A stretch of 64,000 bases of DNA from Octopus sinensis (Eukaryota): positions 154,318,001-154,382,000 of the forward strand of contig NC_042999.1 of NCBI RefSeq assembly GCF_006345805.1, in the 5' to 3' direction. The notes under the pieces were generated by a model, which was not told where the DNA came from, did not search any database, and was given only the letters and a program-made list of their open reading frames with translations. This document shows, piece by piece, positions 1 to 12,551 of this stretch. Both the position numbers and the translations under genes were made by a program. How positions within the stretch are numbered: the stretch's first letter is position 1; every line of letters begins with the position of its first letter.

Positions 1-174
1 AACCACCACATAAGAGACTGTAGGGTTAAACATAAAAAAGCAGAACAAATCAGTGTACATAAAGGAATGTACATAAAAAAGTGTACATAAAAGAGTAATG
101 TTGTATAATAAGTAGAATATATATAAAAAAGAGAATATAAATATAAGTAAATATAAATATAGGTATAGATTACG

Positions 175-300
175 TCTTACAGCTGTTTCGGCCATGTAGA
201 TAAGTATGTCTCATTTTACCAATATTAGCCTTTTATGGTAGGTCAATATATAGATATAAATGAGACATTTACAAAAATATCATAAGGCCTCTTCAGAGAT
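175..300 (-). ncRNA. Type I hammerhead ribozyme motif (PLE pLTR-type) with long helix II insertion
   Basis: Minus strand reads atct-CTGAAGA-GGCC-[~90 nt containing an atgtctcattt/aaatgagacat stem]-GGCC-GAAAC-AGCT-GTA-agac. It has the canonical CUGANGA/GAAA core, a palindromic helix III loop and a GUA cleavage triplet. Helix I is only about 3 bp. Confidence 0.7.
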
Positions 301-1000
301 ATACATATACATATGAGTGCATATACTCACACTCCTATACATATAAAAATATACATATACATAATGATGTAAATAAATAATATAAATTAGTAAACATATA
401 TATGTTCCACATTCAATGTTTCAGTTTTTCAACTTAATATTGTGCTAATAAACATACACATATTAGTACCTAGATGCAAATATACATAGTCAATAGTACA
501 TTATATTACTTCCTACTAATTTCCAAAGTGTCCTTAAAGTTAGCATCATTATCGTTGTCAATACCATTAATGCTACCATTATTATCATTCATAATATTAT
601 TAATAACGCTTACATTAGGATCCAAAGTGGCACATATGTATGTCCGGGTTCCAGTTAGTAATTTTCCTTATGACATAAATACACTATTGGATTTGAATTT
701 AAATTATTATTGTCTTCCTCACGGTTGGTTCGCTGAGAGCCGCCCGACCTCCACCACACCTCACAGGAAAAACATACACATCCACATCCAACCCTAAACC
801 CACACGTCCACATAAAAATCCACACACACATGCACACACACATGAATACACCCCGACACATCCCTACACATTCACTAGATTGCAGAGTGTATGTCTGTCA
901 TCGCATGGCTTATAGACAAATCAGTACAGGCAGCAGTGTCTATACACTAACACACACACTCACATATATATATATATATGTGTGTGTGTATGTGTGTGTG

Positions 1001-1275
1001 TCATCATCATCATCATCGTTTAACATCCGTTTTCTGCGCTAGCATGGGTTGGATGGTTCAACCGGGGTCTGGAAACCAGGAGTCTGTACCAAGCTCCAGT
1101 CTGATCTGGCAGTGTTTCTACAGCTGGATGCCCTTCCTAACGCCAACCACTCCATGAGTGTAGTGGGTGCTTTTTATGTGCCACCGGCACAGGTACCAGG
1201 GGAGGCTGGCATCGGCCACATACGGATGGTGCTTTTTATGTGCCACTGGCACAGGTGCCAGGGTAGGCTAGCACC
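1001..1275 (-). mobile_element. RTE LINE 3' UTR fragment, inverted relative to the adjacent LINE
   Basis: Reverse complement of the 3' end at 3560-3940 (ggagtggttggcgttaggaagggcatccag...cccatgc...gttaaacgatgatga) with a (TCA)n tail. Confidence 0.85.
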
Positions 1276-1307
1276 TGTGTATATATGTGTGTGTGTGTAT
1301 ATATATA

Positions 1308-3990
1308 TCAAGAAATTTTATGAAAGGGAGGAGGAGCTACAGACTTTGGACATAGAGGGTAGCTGGAAATTTCTACGGGGCAGCTTACTGAGTGCCACAG
1401 ACCAAATCTGCAGCTGGTGCAAAGTCCCTTCCAGACCTAGAGTAACGTGGTGGTGGAATATTAATGGTATACAAAGCCATTAGAGAAAAGAAGCAAGCCT
1501 GGAAAGCCTGGAAGAGTGGAGGTATCAGGGAACTGTACCAGACAGCCAGAAGGGAGGCTGGGTGACAGGTATACATAGCCAAGGGAGAAGCAGAAAGAAG
1601 ATTGCTAATGTTCAGTGATGTGAGGACCAAAGAAGTGAAGTATTTTGGATTGCAAGACAGTGTGTGAGAGAAAATTGTGATGTCACAGGAGAGAAATGTG
1701 TCCACATGGATGATGGTACTCTTACCTTTAATGATTCTGAAAAGAAAGAGGCTTGGAGAAACCATTATGAAAGGCTGCTGAATGTGGAGAATGAGTGTTG
1801 ATCCAGTAGAGGGACCAGCTATCCGAATAGACAGCACTATGGTAGATAAAGCAGTTAAAAGCTCCTGACCTATCAGGAATCACTGTTGAGATGCTTAAAA
1901 TATCTGGTGGTGTGGGTTATGGCCCAGTCACCCATATCATAACCCAGGTAATTCATGAAGGAGTCATACTCAATGATTGGTGTAGCAGCACCACAGTCAA
2001 CTGCTACAAAGGTAAAAAAGATGCTTTAGATAGAAATAACTACTGGGGTATCAAACTGCTGGATCAGGTGATGAAGGTCATGGAGAGGGTCGTAGCGCAA
2101 CTAATTACAGAGAGAGTCTGCTAAGATGAGATGCAGGTCAATTTTGTGCCAGGTAGAAGCACCATTAATACTATATTCCTGGTACAGCAACTGCTGGAGA
2201 AATACCGAGCCAAAGATAAACCCCCATACTTAGCTTTTGTGGACTTGGAGAAAGTCTTTGACAGGGTCCCCCTATCTCTTATCTGGTGGTCAATGCGGAA
2301 ACTAGGGATAGATGAGTGGTTAGTGAGCGATGTGCAAGCCATGTACAGGAATGCTGTCAGTGAGGTGAGAGTTGGCAACGAGTATAGTGAAGAATTCCAG
2401 GTAAGGGTAAGGGTCCACCAAGATCAGTCCTCAGCCCCTCTTATTCATCATAGTCCTCTAGGCAATAACAGAGGAATTCAAGATAGGATGACCCTGGGAG
2501 TTTCTCTGTGCTGATGACCTTGCTCTAATAGGTGAGTCACTATCAGAACTACAGGAGAAGTTTCAGGTATAGAAGCAAGGTTTAGAATCGAAGGGCCTTA
2601 GAGTTAATCTAGCAAAAATCAAAGTCTTAATAAGTAGGAAGGCAGACAAATCATAAATCCCTTCAGATAGATGGCCCTGCTCAATCTGTAGAAAAGGTGT
2701 AGGTAGAAACTCTATAAGATGTACATAAGAGGTGCAGCAATCTAGGAAGATAGTTTTTGTGTGTGGCAAATGCTCAGAGGCAATAAACACTGAAAATGTG
2801 CAGAAAACAGCTTTCATTACATGCCAGGGGAAAAAACTAAAAGTAGTTGATAGCTTCCATTACCTAGGTGACCAAGTCAATAGCGGGGGTGGATGTTCTG
2901 ATAGTGTAGCTGCTAGAATAAGAATAGCCTGGGCAAAGAAGAGCTTGGTGACAAAGGGCCTATCGCCCAGGGTAAAAGGTAGACTGTATGACGCATGTGT
3001 GCGAACAACCATACTGCATGGCAGTGAAACATCGGCCGTGACTGCTGAGGACATGCATAAGCTTGCAAGGAATGAAGCTAGTATGCTCTGCTGGATGTGT
3101 AATGTCAGTGTGCATACATGACAGAGTATAAGCGCCTTGAAAGAAAAGTTGGGCATAAGAAGCATCAGATGTAGTGTGCAAGAGAGACGACTGCACTGGT
3201 ATAGTCATGTGTCGTGTATGGATGAGGACAACTGTGTGAAAAAGTGTTACACCCTACCAGTGGAGGGAACCTGTGGAAGAGGTAGACCCAGGAAGACATG
3301 GAATGAGGTGGTGAAGCACAACCTTCGAACGTTGGGCCTCACAGAGGCGATGACAAGTTATCGAGACCTTTGGAGATATGCTGTGCTTGAGAGGACCCAG
3401 CAGACCAAACGAGACCGTAACCCTGGCCTATGTCAGTGCAGCATAACTGGCCCCATTTAAGAGTACCCTTCAATCATTGGGCAATAATCTGCACTTGCAA
3501 AGACCTGTTGAGTCAAGTGAAGTCATTGGCGTGGCTGATGACAGTATCGCCAGATTGGCACCCATGCCGGTGGCACGTAAAAAGCACCATTCAAGCGTGG
3601 TCGATGCCAGTGCCGCCTGGCTGGTCCCGTGCCAGTGGCACGTAAAAAGCACCATTCGAGTGTGGTCGTTGCCAGTGCCGCCTGACTGGCTCCCATGCCG
3701 GTGGTACATAAAAAGCATCATTGAAGTGTGGTCGATGTCAGTACCGCCTGACTAGCCCTCGTGTCGGTGTCACATAAAAAGCACTCTCGGAGTGGTTGGC
3801 GTTAGGAAGGGCATCCAGTTGTAGAAACTCTGCCAGACCAGATTGGTGCCTGGTGCAGGCTTGTGGCTTACGAGCCCTCAGTCAAACCGTCCAACCCATG
3901 CCAGCATGGAAAGCGGACGTTAAACGACGATGACGACGACGACTACGATGATGATGATGATGATGATGAGGAGGAGGAGGAGGAGGAGGA
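1308..3990 (+). mobile_element. 5'-truncated, degenerate RTE-clade non-LTR retrotransposon (RT pseudogene, 3' UTR and trinucleotide tail)
   Basis: Broken frames give TWWWN, YKGKKDALDRNNYWGIKLLDQVMKVMERV, FVPGRSTINTIF...AFVDLEKVFDRVP, (Y/C)ADD at about 2512, FHYLGD, GRLYDACVRTTILHGSET, RRLHWYSHV and GRGRPRKTW. Multiple stops and frameshifts; tail (GAC/GAT/GAG)n at 3925-3990. Confidence 0.95.
3562..3790 (+). repeat. About 3.5 tandem ~65-bp subrepeats in the RTE 3' UTR
   Basis: Recurrent tgccrgtggcacgtaaaaagcaccattc...gtggtcgatgccagtgccgcctg units. Confidence 0.85.
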
Positions 3991-4000
3991 ACTGTATACA

Positions 4001-4110
4001 GGTGTAGGCGTGGCTGTGTAGTAAGAAATTTAGGCAAGTATTTTCTATTATAGCTTTGATTTTCCCAAAGGCTTGTGAGAATATTTCGCAAACGGAAAGT
4101 GAAAGAAGCC

Positions 4111-4120
<10 letters not shown>
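4001..4120 (+). mobile_element. SINE family A, 5' fragment (decayed)
   Basis: ggtgtaggcgtggctgtgtagtaagaa...gaaagaagcctctcgta followed by (CA)n; matches the head of the full copies. Confidence 0.6.
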
Positions 4121-4164
<44 letters not shown>

Positions 4165-4639
4165 GCACACACGCACCCATTCACATAATACATACATACA
4201 TAATCATGCAATTCTTGCTAGTATGAATATACCTTGTAAAAGAAATAATACATTTTAAAGAATTGCTTTGGTATAATGGTAGAACGTCTGTCATGTTTAT
4301 AACGAACGTGGATACACCAACCAGCTGCTGGTGCTCCTGGAATTTACGCCATCGCCCTTCCATCATATCTCCCATTTCTCGTTCCCTTCACCAACAATAC
4401 CACCACCCCGGAGCACCATCGTTTGGAACTTGTCTACTTTAATCTGGCCCTGCCTCTTTCGACATCTCCTTTGGTCACGTCCCATCAGACGCGACTGCAA
4501 TCTGTGTGGCCTTGTCGTTGCTCTTTCATCGATCGCTTCACACAGCTTCGATCCTTCATATAAGGTTGACACAGAACAAAACAACAACTGCAGTCTCAAC
4601 ATCAATAACCCCATGCTTACTTAAAAAAAAAAAAGAATA

Positions 4640-4840
4640 TGGCGTGCTGGCAGAATCGTTAGCACGCCAAGTAAAGCGTTTAGAGACATTTCGTTCGTCT
4701 TTACGTTCAGAATTCAAATGCCACCGAAGTCTACTTTCACTTTCATTCTTCCGCATTCGATAAAATAAGTACCAGTTAAGCCCTGGGGTTTGATGTTATC
4801 GACTTACTCTTCTCCTAAAATTACTAGGCTTCTGATAAAA
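4640..4840 (+). mobile_element. SINE family B (tRNA-like head plus Nin/Deu-like core), decayed
   Basis: ggcgtgctggcagaatcgttagcacgcc...gaattcaaatgccaccgaagtctactttcactttcattc...cgataaaataagtaccag. Confidence 0.75.
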
Positions 4841-5194
4841 TACGAAACTATTGATTTCCTTTAACTCTTAAGTGTTACAAAGCAATCGTAATTCCGCCTT
4901 TTTCTCGACACTCGAGTCATTCCCCGACATCACCACAATCACATATATCGGTTTTAGGAACTATTCTCAGAGCTTTTAGAATTAATCCACGATGTTTAAT
5001 CTTCCGTGTTACCGATTGTATAATCCTTTATGTAGTTTCGGAGATTTTTATTTATTGATTGATTTTGGGAAATCTATTTTAGTAAAAATCCAGGAATTTC
5101 AAATATTTCAACCATTCCATTAAATTCGGAAACCTTATAATTTCATTTTACAATTTTTGTATAAAATTCTTCAAGTTGTCTACATTAGATTTCC

Positions 5195-5610
5195 CATACA
5201 TACATAAATACATACATACATACATACATACATGCATACATACATACATACATACATACATACATACATACATACATACATACATACATACATACATACA
5301 TTACATACATACCTACATACCTACATACACACATACATCTATATATACATACATACACAATACATATACATTACATTCATTATATACATACATTACATAC
5401 ATACATTCCATACATACATTACATACATAGAAACATACATACATAGAAACATACATACATACATACATACATACATAATACATACATACCTACATACCTA
5501 CCTACATACATACATACAAACATACATACATACACACATTACATACATTCATACATACATACATACATACATACATACATACATACATACATACATACAT
5601 ACATACACAT
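5195..5610. repeat. Imperfect (CATA)n microsatellite
   Basis: Directly visible tetranucleotide array. Confidence 0.95.
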
Positions 5611-5909
5611 ATTAACAAACCGATATCACGTGACCCGACAGTTTCGCCATCAGAGCTTGACATTTTTTCTTGCTCTGTGCTTTCATACACTCGACACCTA
5701 CACAAGAGACTTCTTCTGGATAAATACTGCATTATCACGGCGCTTTTATTATACACCCACACGAAGTACGATATAAAGGTTACAAATCGGTTGTAATACT
5801 GCCTCTCTTCCTTGTATCTAATTTCTAATCGGTTTCCCACTGTTAGCGACACCAGTGACTGAATAGTCATTGACTGGGGATTTTGACTAGTATGTGATTG
5901 ATGTTAGCC

Positions 5910-5965
5910 GATATCTGTTCCTGATGAGGTGCAAGTCATCCCGAAATCACGTGGTACAATAGTTC
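5910..5965 (+). ncRNA. Decayed hammerhead-like motif
   Basis: ctgttc-CTGATGA-GGTG caagt CATCC-GAAAT-CACGTG-GTA-caatag. Core intact, palindromic helix III, imperfect helices I and II. Confidence 0.45.
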
Positions 5966-6327
5966 TGCAAGGTGCTCGACATTTCTCGTAAGCTCCCAGT
6001 AACGCTATGTATTTATTACATTACGACTGACTTTCTCGGAGTTAATATTGTAATTAATACTGCGCTCCGATAATACATCTACGCTAAGGTTGCCATGCAT
6101 GTATGTACGCACGTACATACAAACACACACTTACATACATATATACAAACACACACTTACATACATATATACACACATATCCATATACATATAGATATAC
6201 TTATATCTCTCTCGCTTTCTTTTCTTCTTTCTCTCTCTCTCCCTCGTTCTCTCTCTCTTTCGCTATATATATGTATATATATTATATATGTATGTATATA
6301 TATATATATATATATATAATAATATAT

Positions 6328-6373
<46 letters not shown>

Positions 6374-6422
6374 AGTGAATTGAAGAAATGGAGTTGAACG
6401 AAGATTGAACAGAAATCGTTTT

Positions 6423-6514
6423 ATTTCATTCACACACGTGTTTCGAAAGGCACAATTTACCAAATTCCGATTGAATAATGAGACCATATTGTGTCTTTCT
6501 CTTCAGGAAGAAAT
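6423..6514 (-). ncRNA. Mirror HHR copy in the left arm; cleavage triplet altered to GUG
   Basis: Reverse complement of 6651-6741 but reads GAAAC ACGT GTG tgaatgaaat. Confidence 0.7.
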
Positions 6515-6650
6515 AGGAAATCCGTTGGAAAACAAAAAACAAACAGAGGCGGAGCAAAACAAATCGAATTAGGCTCCTCATGGGCTCTTAGGAGCCCAGT
6601 TCGATTTTTTTTGCTCCGCCTCTGTTCTGTTTTTTGTTTGTTTTTTACCT

Positions 6651-6741
6651 ATTTCTTCCTGAAGAGAAAGACACAATATGGTCTCATTATTCAATCGGAA
6701 TTTGGTAAATTGTGCCTTTCGAAACACGTGTAGAATGAAAT
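6651..6741 (+). ncRNA. Type I hammerhead ribozyme (canonical core)
   Basis: atttc-ttc CTGAAGA GAAAG-acacaat...attgtgc-CTTTC GAAAC ACGT GTA gaa-t-gaaat. Helix I 8 bp with one bulge, helix II 11/12 bp, palindromic ACGT loop, predicted cleavage after A6732. Confidence 0.85.
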
Positions 6742-6942
6742 AAAACGATTTCTGTTCAATCTTCGTTCACTCCATTTCTTCATTCACTAAAATATTAAAA
6801 TTCATTATCCGCACCAACGCACGGTGCAACACCATATGGTTGTACCTCCAACCGTGCTGTCTTCTGCTGTGATTTTTGCTACCAGGTATCGGTTAAACTT
6901 TTGACTAATCTGCAACAAGATTATTCATCTTTCTATTTCACA

Positions 6943-6982
<40 letters not shown>

Positions 6983-7084
6983 TTATATATATATATATAT
7001 ATATAGATAGATAGATAGATAGATAGAAAGATAGATACATACATACATACATACATACCTACATACATACATACATACTACATA

Positions 7085-7250
7085 GGCGCAGGCGTAGCTT
7101 TCTGGTAAGAAGCCTGCTTCTCTACCACATAATTCTGAGTTCAATCCCACTGCGTGGTACCTTTGGCAAGTGTTTTCAACTGTTACCGCCTGTCGATCAA
7201 AGCCTTGTGAGTGAATCTGGTAGACGGAAATTGAAAGAAGCCCGTCGTAC
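7085..7250 (+). mobile_element. SINE family A, 5' half
   Basis: ggcgcaggcgtagctttctggtaagaagcctgcttc...gagttcaatccc (B box)...gaaagaagcccgtcgta. Confidence 0.85.
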
Positions 7251-7267
7251 ACACGCACACGCACGCA

Positions 7268-7327
<60 letters not shown>

Positions 7328-7328
<1 letters not shown>

Positions 7329-7554
7329 ATACACCACACTTCAGTATGAATATACACGCATATATACATATGTGTTGGACCACTGAACTCAACACGTTTT
7401 TTTCATTCTCTCTGTTTATTTCCTCTTATTCCTTTCTGTTGAAGAGCGTAGGTCCGAAACGTAAAAGACATTTTCATTTTCCCGAGCATCAAACTAATGC
7501 ACTTGCTTGTTGTTCCTACACCTGTCATTGTTTTTGCTTTTCAATAAATTTGAA

Positions 7555-7587
<33 letters not shown>

Positions 7588-7834
7588 ACACACACACACA
7601 CATACACATACACCACACTTCAGTATGAATATACACGCATATATACATATGTGTTGGACCACTGAACTCAACACGTTTTTTTCATTCTCTCTGTTTATTT
7701 CCTCTTATTCCTTTCTGTTGAAGAGCGTAGGTCCGAAACGTAAAAGACATTTTCATTTTCCCGAGCATCAAACTAATGCACTTGCTTGTTGTTCCTACAC
7801 CTGTCATTGTTTTTGCTTTTCAATAAATTTGAAC

Positions 7835-7885
<51 letters not shown>

Positions 7886-7900
7886 ACACACACACACACA
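7328..7900 (+). repeat. Tandem duplication of a 279-bp unit, each copy with a variant HHR (7432-7467 and 7711-7746)
   Basis: catacaccacacttcag starts at 7328 and 7607; the units are nearly identical and each ends in (CA)n. Confidence 0.9.
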
Positions 7901-8114
7901 TATATATATAAATATATATACACACAAATAATTAGAAAATGGAGAAAACCACAGATTAACCAACACATCAATTGGACCACATTTATAGTTTAGTTTTAAT
8001 CCAAAGCATGAATAATTTTTAGTCAACTGAATCGACAATATACCGATAGTATATACGATAGTATATACGTTTATTTTATTCTTTAGTTGGTTACTATAAC
8101 CGCTAACTCTGCTT

Positions 8115-8149
8115 ACACACACACACACACATACACACACACACACACG

Positions 8150-8205
<56 letters not shown>

Positions 8206-8342
8206 AACAAAACAAAAAATGAACGTAACTGGCGACAACATTCGGAGAGTTAGACGATATAAAAAAGGACAGAAAGAAACAAAACCGGGTCATTCGGAGT
8301 TTTCAATCTTCAGTCGAGTACCAGATCGTCTTTGCAGTTTCG

Positions 8343-8423
<81 letters not shown>

Positions 8424-8460
8424 ATAGATACGTAGGTAGATAGACAAATAGATAGAAAGG
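8115..8460. repeat. (CA)n and (GATA)n microsatellites
   Basis: Visible arrays at about 8115-8205 and 8345-8430. Confidence 0.9.
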
Positions 8461-9264
8461 CATAAACAGACAAGCAGGTAGACAGACAGTAAGCGGATAG
8501 TTTGCTATCTAGCTAGATAGACAGATACATCCATAGCTTTTCTCTAAGCTTTTCTCTACATCTTAATGTACTCAGCGTACACTGAAACACAAGCCTTGAA
8601 TGTCAAAGGAGAAAAAATAGCAAATAAATAATTAAAATATAAAATTTAAAAAAAAGAAAAAGAAAAAAAATCAATAGCTTTATATCATAGAAAAGGTTAT
8701 GTACGAGCGCATGCGCATAGCTAGATTTTGTCAAAATTGCACCTCGTTTTTCAATTTTCGCTTTTATCTTGCAGCTATGGGATATACATGTATAGGAAGA
8801 CATCGGTGACATTATAGCGGTCGATTGAGTCGTTGGAGCGTTGGAGAAACTGCTTAGTGTTATTACTTTCGGCTTTTTGTTCTCTGAGTTGAAAATCATT
8901 GCCGTTGCCGACTTTATCTTTTCTTCGTTTTCGGGGACATTAAAGTAAGAACCAGTAAAAAAACGTGGGTCGATAGATAGTTCTTTCCCTCCTTCCTTCC
9001 CTTCCACTCTCCTCTCCTCCCCACTTCTTTCTGGAAGACATCGATTATGTTAAGACTGAAAGGAGATGAGCCCCACCAAGTTTAAGATTCTCCAAAACAC
9101 ATCCTATGTCAGGGTGGCGCCTCGAAGACTCCACTAATTGAGGGCTTCTCGTTAGTTCAACAAAATTCGTTATTAGGGATTAAATATCTATTCATTCTCA
9201 GTCTTGTTTGAGTTTATTCTTAGTGGACGGACATAGCTTCTTTGATGTTGTCACTCCTTGGTAT

Positions 9265-9297
<33 letters not shown>

Positions 9298-9432
9298 ACA
9301 CACACCACACACATATACACACACACATACACACCCACACACACTCACACGCACGCACACAAGCACACACTTATACATACACTCATACACTTCGACTGTA
9401 TGGAGTTTATAATATTCATAATAATACAAAGG

Positions 9433-9845
9433 GGGCGAGCTGGCAGAAACGTTAGCACGCCGGGCGAAATGCGTAGCCGTATTTCGTCTGCCGTTACGTT
9501 CTGAGTTCGAATTCCGCCGAGGTCGACTTTGCCTTTCATCCTTTCGGGATCGAATAAATAAGTACCAGTAACGCACTGGGGTCGATATAATCGACTTAAT
9601 CCGTTTGTCTGTCCTTGTTTATCCCCTCTGTGTTTAGCCCCTTGTGGGTAGTAAAGAAATAGGTATTTCGTCTGCTGTTACGTTCTGAGTTCGAATTTCG
9701 CCAAGGTCGACTTTGCCTTTCATCCTTTCGGGATCGATTAAATAAGTACCAGTAACGCACTGGGGTCGATATAATCGACTTAATCCGTTTGTCTGTCCTT
9801 GTTTGTCCTCTCTGTGTTTAGCCCCTTGTGGGTAGTAAAGAAACA
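9433..9845 (+). mobile_element. SINE family B, head plus two tandem ~180-bp body units
   Basis: ggcgagctggcagaaacgttagcacgccgggcgaaatgc, then gtatttcgtctgccgttacg...gccccttgtgggtagtaaagaaa twice. Confidence 0.9.
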
Positions 9846-10611
9846 GGTTATGTTCAAAGAAAGATACTCTCCAAAGGTACTGTGCAATGGCATTGAAACT
9901 GGAAACACGCATATACACAGTGAACTTCTTAACCACACAGCTGTGCCTGTGACCATTCAATCACGCCTACTTTTATACAGCATTGCCTGCGTCTGAAACA
10001 ACCATGTCTGCAGGTTAATGAAGCCAGCTGAATTTAATTAAATTCCATAGTTGTTGCTTCCAGTTATATGTGACACACATTCGTCAAGATGAACTAAGCA
10101 GGCGAAAATCAAGAATCTTAGCTCTGAATACAAAGCTTTGCAAATGACGAGATATGAACAGTTAACCCTACGGTTAATTAATTTTGCTGATTCGACTCGG
10201 CCAACCGAGATTATCTTTTAATGACAATTGCCTTCGACTTTATTCTTGCATTTCCTAAGCAGATTTATAAACCGTTTCAATTAATCATCTGTTCTGAATA
10301 AATTGTTATTTATATTTTCCACACCAATTCATTATGATTTCTAAATTAACCGATTTATTAATTATTTTTATTAACAATCAATTCGATGAAGTGTAAGCCC
10401 TTGGCCAACAAGGAGGTTGTAGCTATTTCTCATTCATTCCGTTCCTATCACTCTGAGCGTGTCACAGTCGTGACGATTACTATTATCCGCCCTATTGTTG
10501 TTAGAAGTGGCAATCACCCATGAATGGATACTTGTGATCATATGCAGTAAAATATAAATATTTTCCGGAGTTGTGTTTGACAGGCATATAATTCGATCTC
10601 AGATCATATTC

Positions 10612-11025
10612 TTTTATTCTTTTACTTGTTTCAGTCGTTTGACTGCGGCCATGCTGGAGCACCGGCTTTTAGTCGAACAATTCGACCCCAGGACTTATTC
10701 TTTGTAAGCCTAGTACTTATTCCATCGGTCTATTTTGCCAAACCGCTAAGTTACTGGGACGTAACACACCAATGTCGATTGTCAAGCGATGGTGGTGGAG
10801 ACAAACACAGACACAAATACATGCATACACACAGACACACACACACACATATTTATATACATTTACGACGGGCTTCTTTCCGTTTCCGTCTACCAAATAC
10901 ACTCACAAGGCTTTGGTCGCCTCGTGGCTATAGTAGAAGACACCTGCCCAAGGTGCCATGCAGTAGGAATGAACCTGGAACCATGTGGGTGGGAAGCAAG
11001 CTTCTTACCACACAGCCACACCTGA
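10612..11025 (-). mobile_element. SINE family A, full length (tRNA head, internal microsatellite, tail)
   Basis: Minus strand: gtggctgtgtggtaagaagcttgcttccc...gaagcccgtcgta...(TG)n...gctccagcatggccgcagtcaaacgactgaaacaagtaaaagaataaaagaat. Confidence 0.9.
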
Positions 11026-11027
11026 GA

Positions 11028-11400
11028 CGAAATACCTATTTCTTTACAACACAGGGCTAAACACAGAGAGGACAAACAAGGACAGACAAACGGATTAAGT
11101 CGATTACATCGATACCAGTGCGTAACTGTGGTACCCCGAAAGGATGAAAGGCAAAGTCGACCTCGGCGGAATTTGAACTCAGAACGTAGCGGCAGACGAA
11201 ATACTTATTTCTTTACTACCCACAAGGGGCTAAACACAGAGAGGACAAGCAAGGGCAGACAAACGGATTAAGTCGATTATATCGACCCCAGTGCGTAACT
11301 GGTACTTATTTAATCGACCCCGAAAGGATGAAAGGCAAAGTTGGCCTCGGCGGAACTTGAACTCAGAACGTAGCGGCAGACGAAATACGGCTACGCATTT
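11028..11400 (-). mobile_element. SINE family B, two tandem body units
   Basis: Reverse complement of the units at 9480-9840. Confidence 0.9.
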
Positions 11401-11854
11401 TGTCAACCAAAACACAAGCTGATGCTGACCTGGTTTAATCCCTTTGACATTCAGATTATTCTGGAAATACAAACTTTATTTATTCACATTGTTTTGGAAG
11501 ATGTGATTGTTTCTTTTTAGACTGGCATTGCAGGATGGGTGTAAAAGGTCGGATCTGGCCAGTCCGAATATAAAACAAGTAGACTATTTCAGTTTTGATA
11601 TCACTGGTTTAAATGCTAAAGGGCTGACACCACCTCGTGGCTCTTGCCATCATTCGGGTCAGACCTCCGATTTCTGGATGACTTCCGTTCTTTTCTCCTT
11701 TCTGGTTCAGGACACATAGTTAACGAGTTTCATCTTTCTTTCTCTCGCTAAACCAAATTTTATAGCATCGTAAGAGGAGGAAGTGGTTGGTTCAAATTCA
11801 CCATGGGTACAGCTTGGCAAGGTATAACGTTTGTGTGTAATGTATGTATGTATA

Positions 11855-11928
<74 letters not shown>

Positions 11929-12047
11929 GTCATTACAGATGTAGGTTGAAATAAAATTAATTTAATAAAATCAACAAATTTCACCTAGTAGTATTTCGGT
12001 ATGGAAAAGGACCATATTCGGTAAAAATTTATATAATTATAATTATA

Positions 12048-12266
12048 ATAATAAGGGATTTTTGCAACAAGTTGCATACCGAAAATTTTAGAAATAGCAG
12101 CCAAAAGACTACTATTTCCTTTTTTCGTCTTTTTTTGCCATATGTGGGTTACAAATATTGTTGTCTGTGGAGACTTATTTTTGTAGTAAAAGGAAATAGT
12201 AGTCTTTTGACTGCTATTTCTAAATTTTTCGGTATGTGGTTTAAGCAACTTGTTGCAAAAAACCCT

Positions 12267-12272
<6 letters not shown>
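12048..12272. repeat. Inverted repeat with ~75-bp arms next to (TA)n; contains a GAAAATTTTA half-HHR-like end
   Basis: ataataaggg...gaaatagcagccaaaagactactatttccttt pairs with aaaggaaatagtagtcttttgactgctatttc...cccttattat. Confidence 0.75.
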
Positions 12273-12310
<38 letters not shown>

Positions 12311-12513
12311 ATTTATTAGGGAATAAAAATTCCGGCGTCACAGGGATTCAAATAAAGTGAATTATTCTCGATAAGGAAATATCTGTTATTTAGAGATAGA
12401 AGTCCCCATGCAATTCATCAAATCCTAATATACTTCACACCTTATCATAGAATTTTATTTTAATTCTTACTATAAGATTTGATGAATTGCATGGGGGACT
12501 TCTATCTCTAAAT

Positions 12514-12551
<38 letters not shown>

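Larger units (their letters stand above)
6375..6787. mobile_element. ~410-bp hairpin with ~200-bp arms carrying two outward-facing HHRs; inferred inverted PLE pLTR pair
   Basis: gtgaattgaagaaatggag...ggctcct [short loop near 6580] aggagcc...ctccatttcttcattcac, immediately after (TA)n at 6260-6370. Confidence 0.85.

Noticed and set aside
7346-7993. 215-aa ORF with an internal repeat
   Set aside because: It arises from the 279-bp (93-codon) tandem duplication plus (CA)n; no protein-like features.
9433-9845. CRISPR-like or satellite array
   Set aside because: Units are ~180-bp SINE bodies without unique spacers; eukaryotic context and no cas genes.
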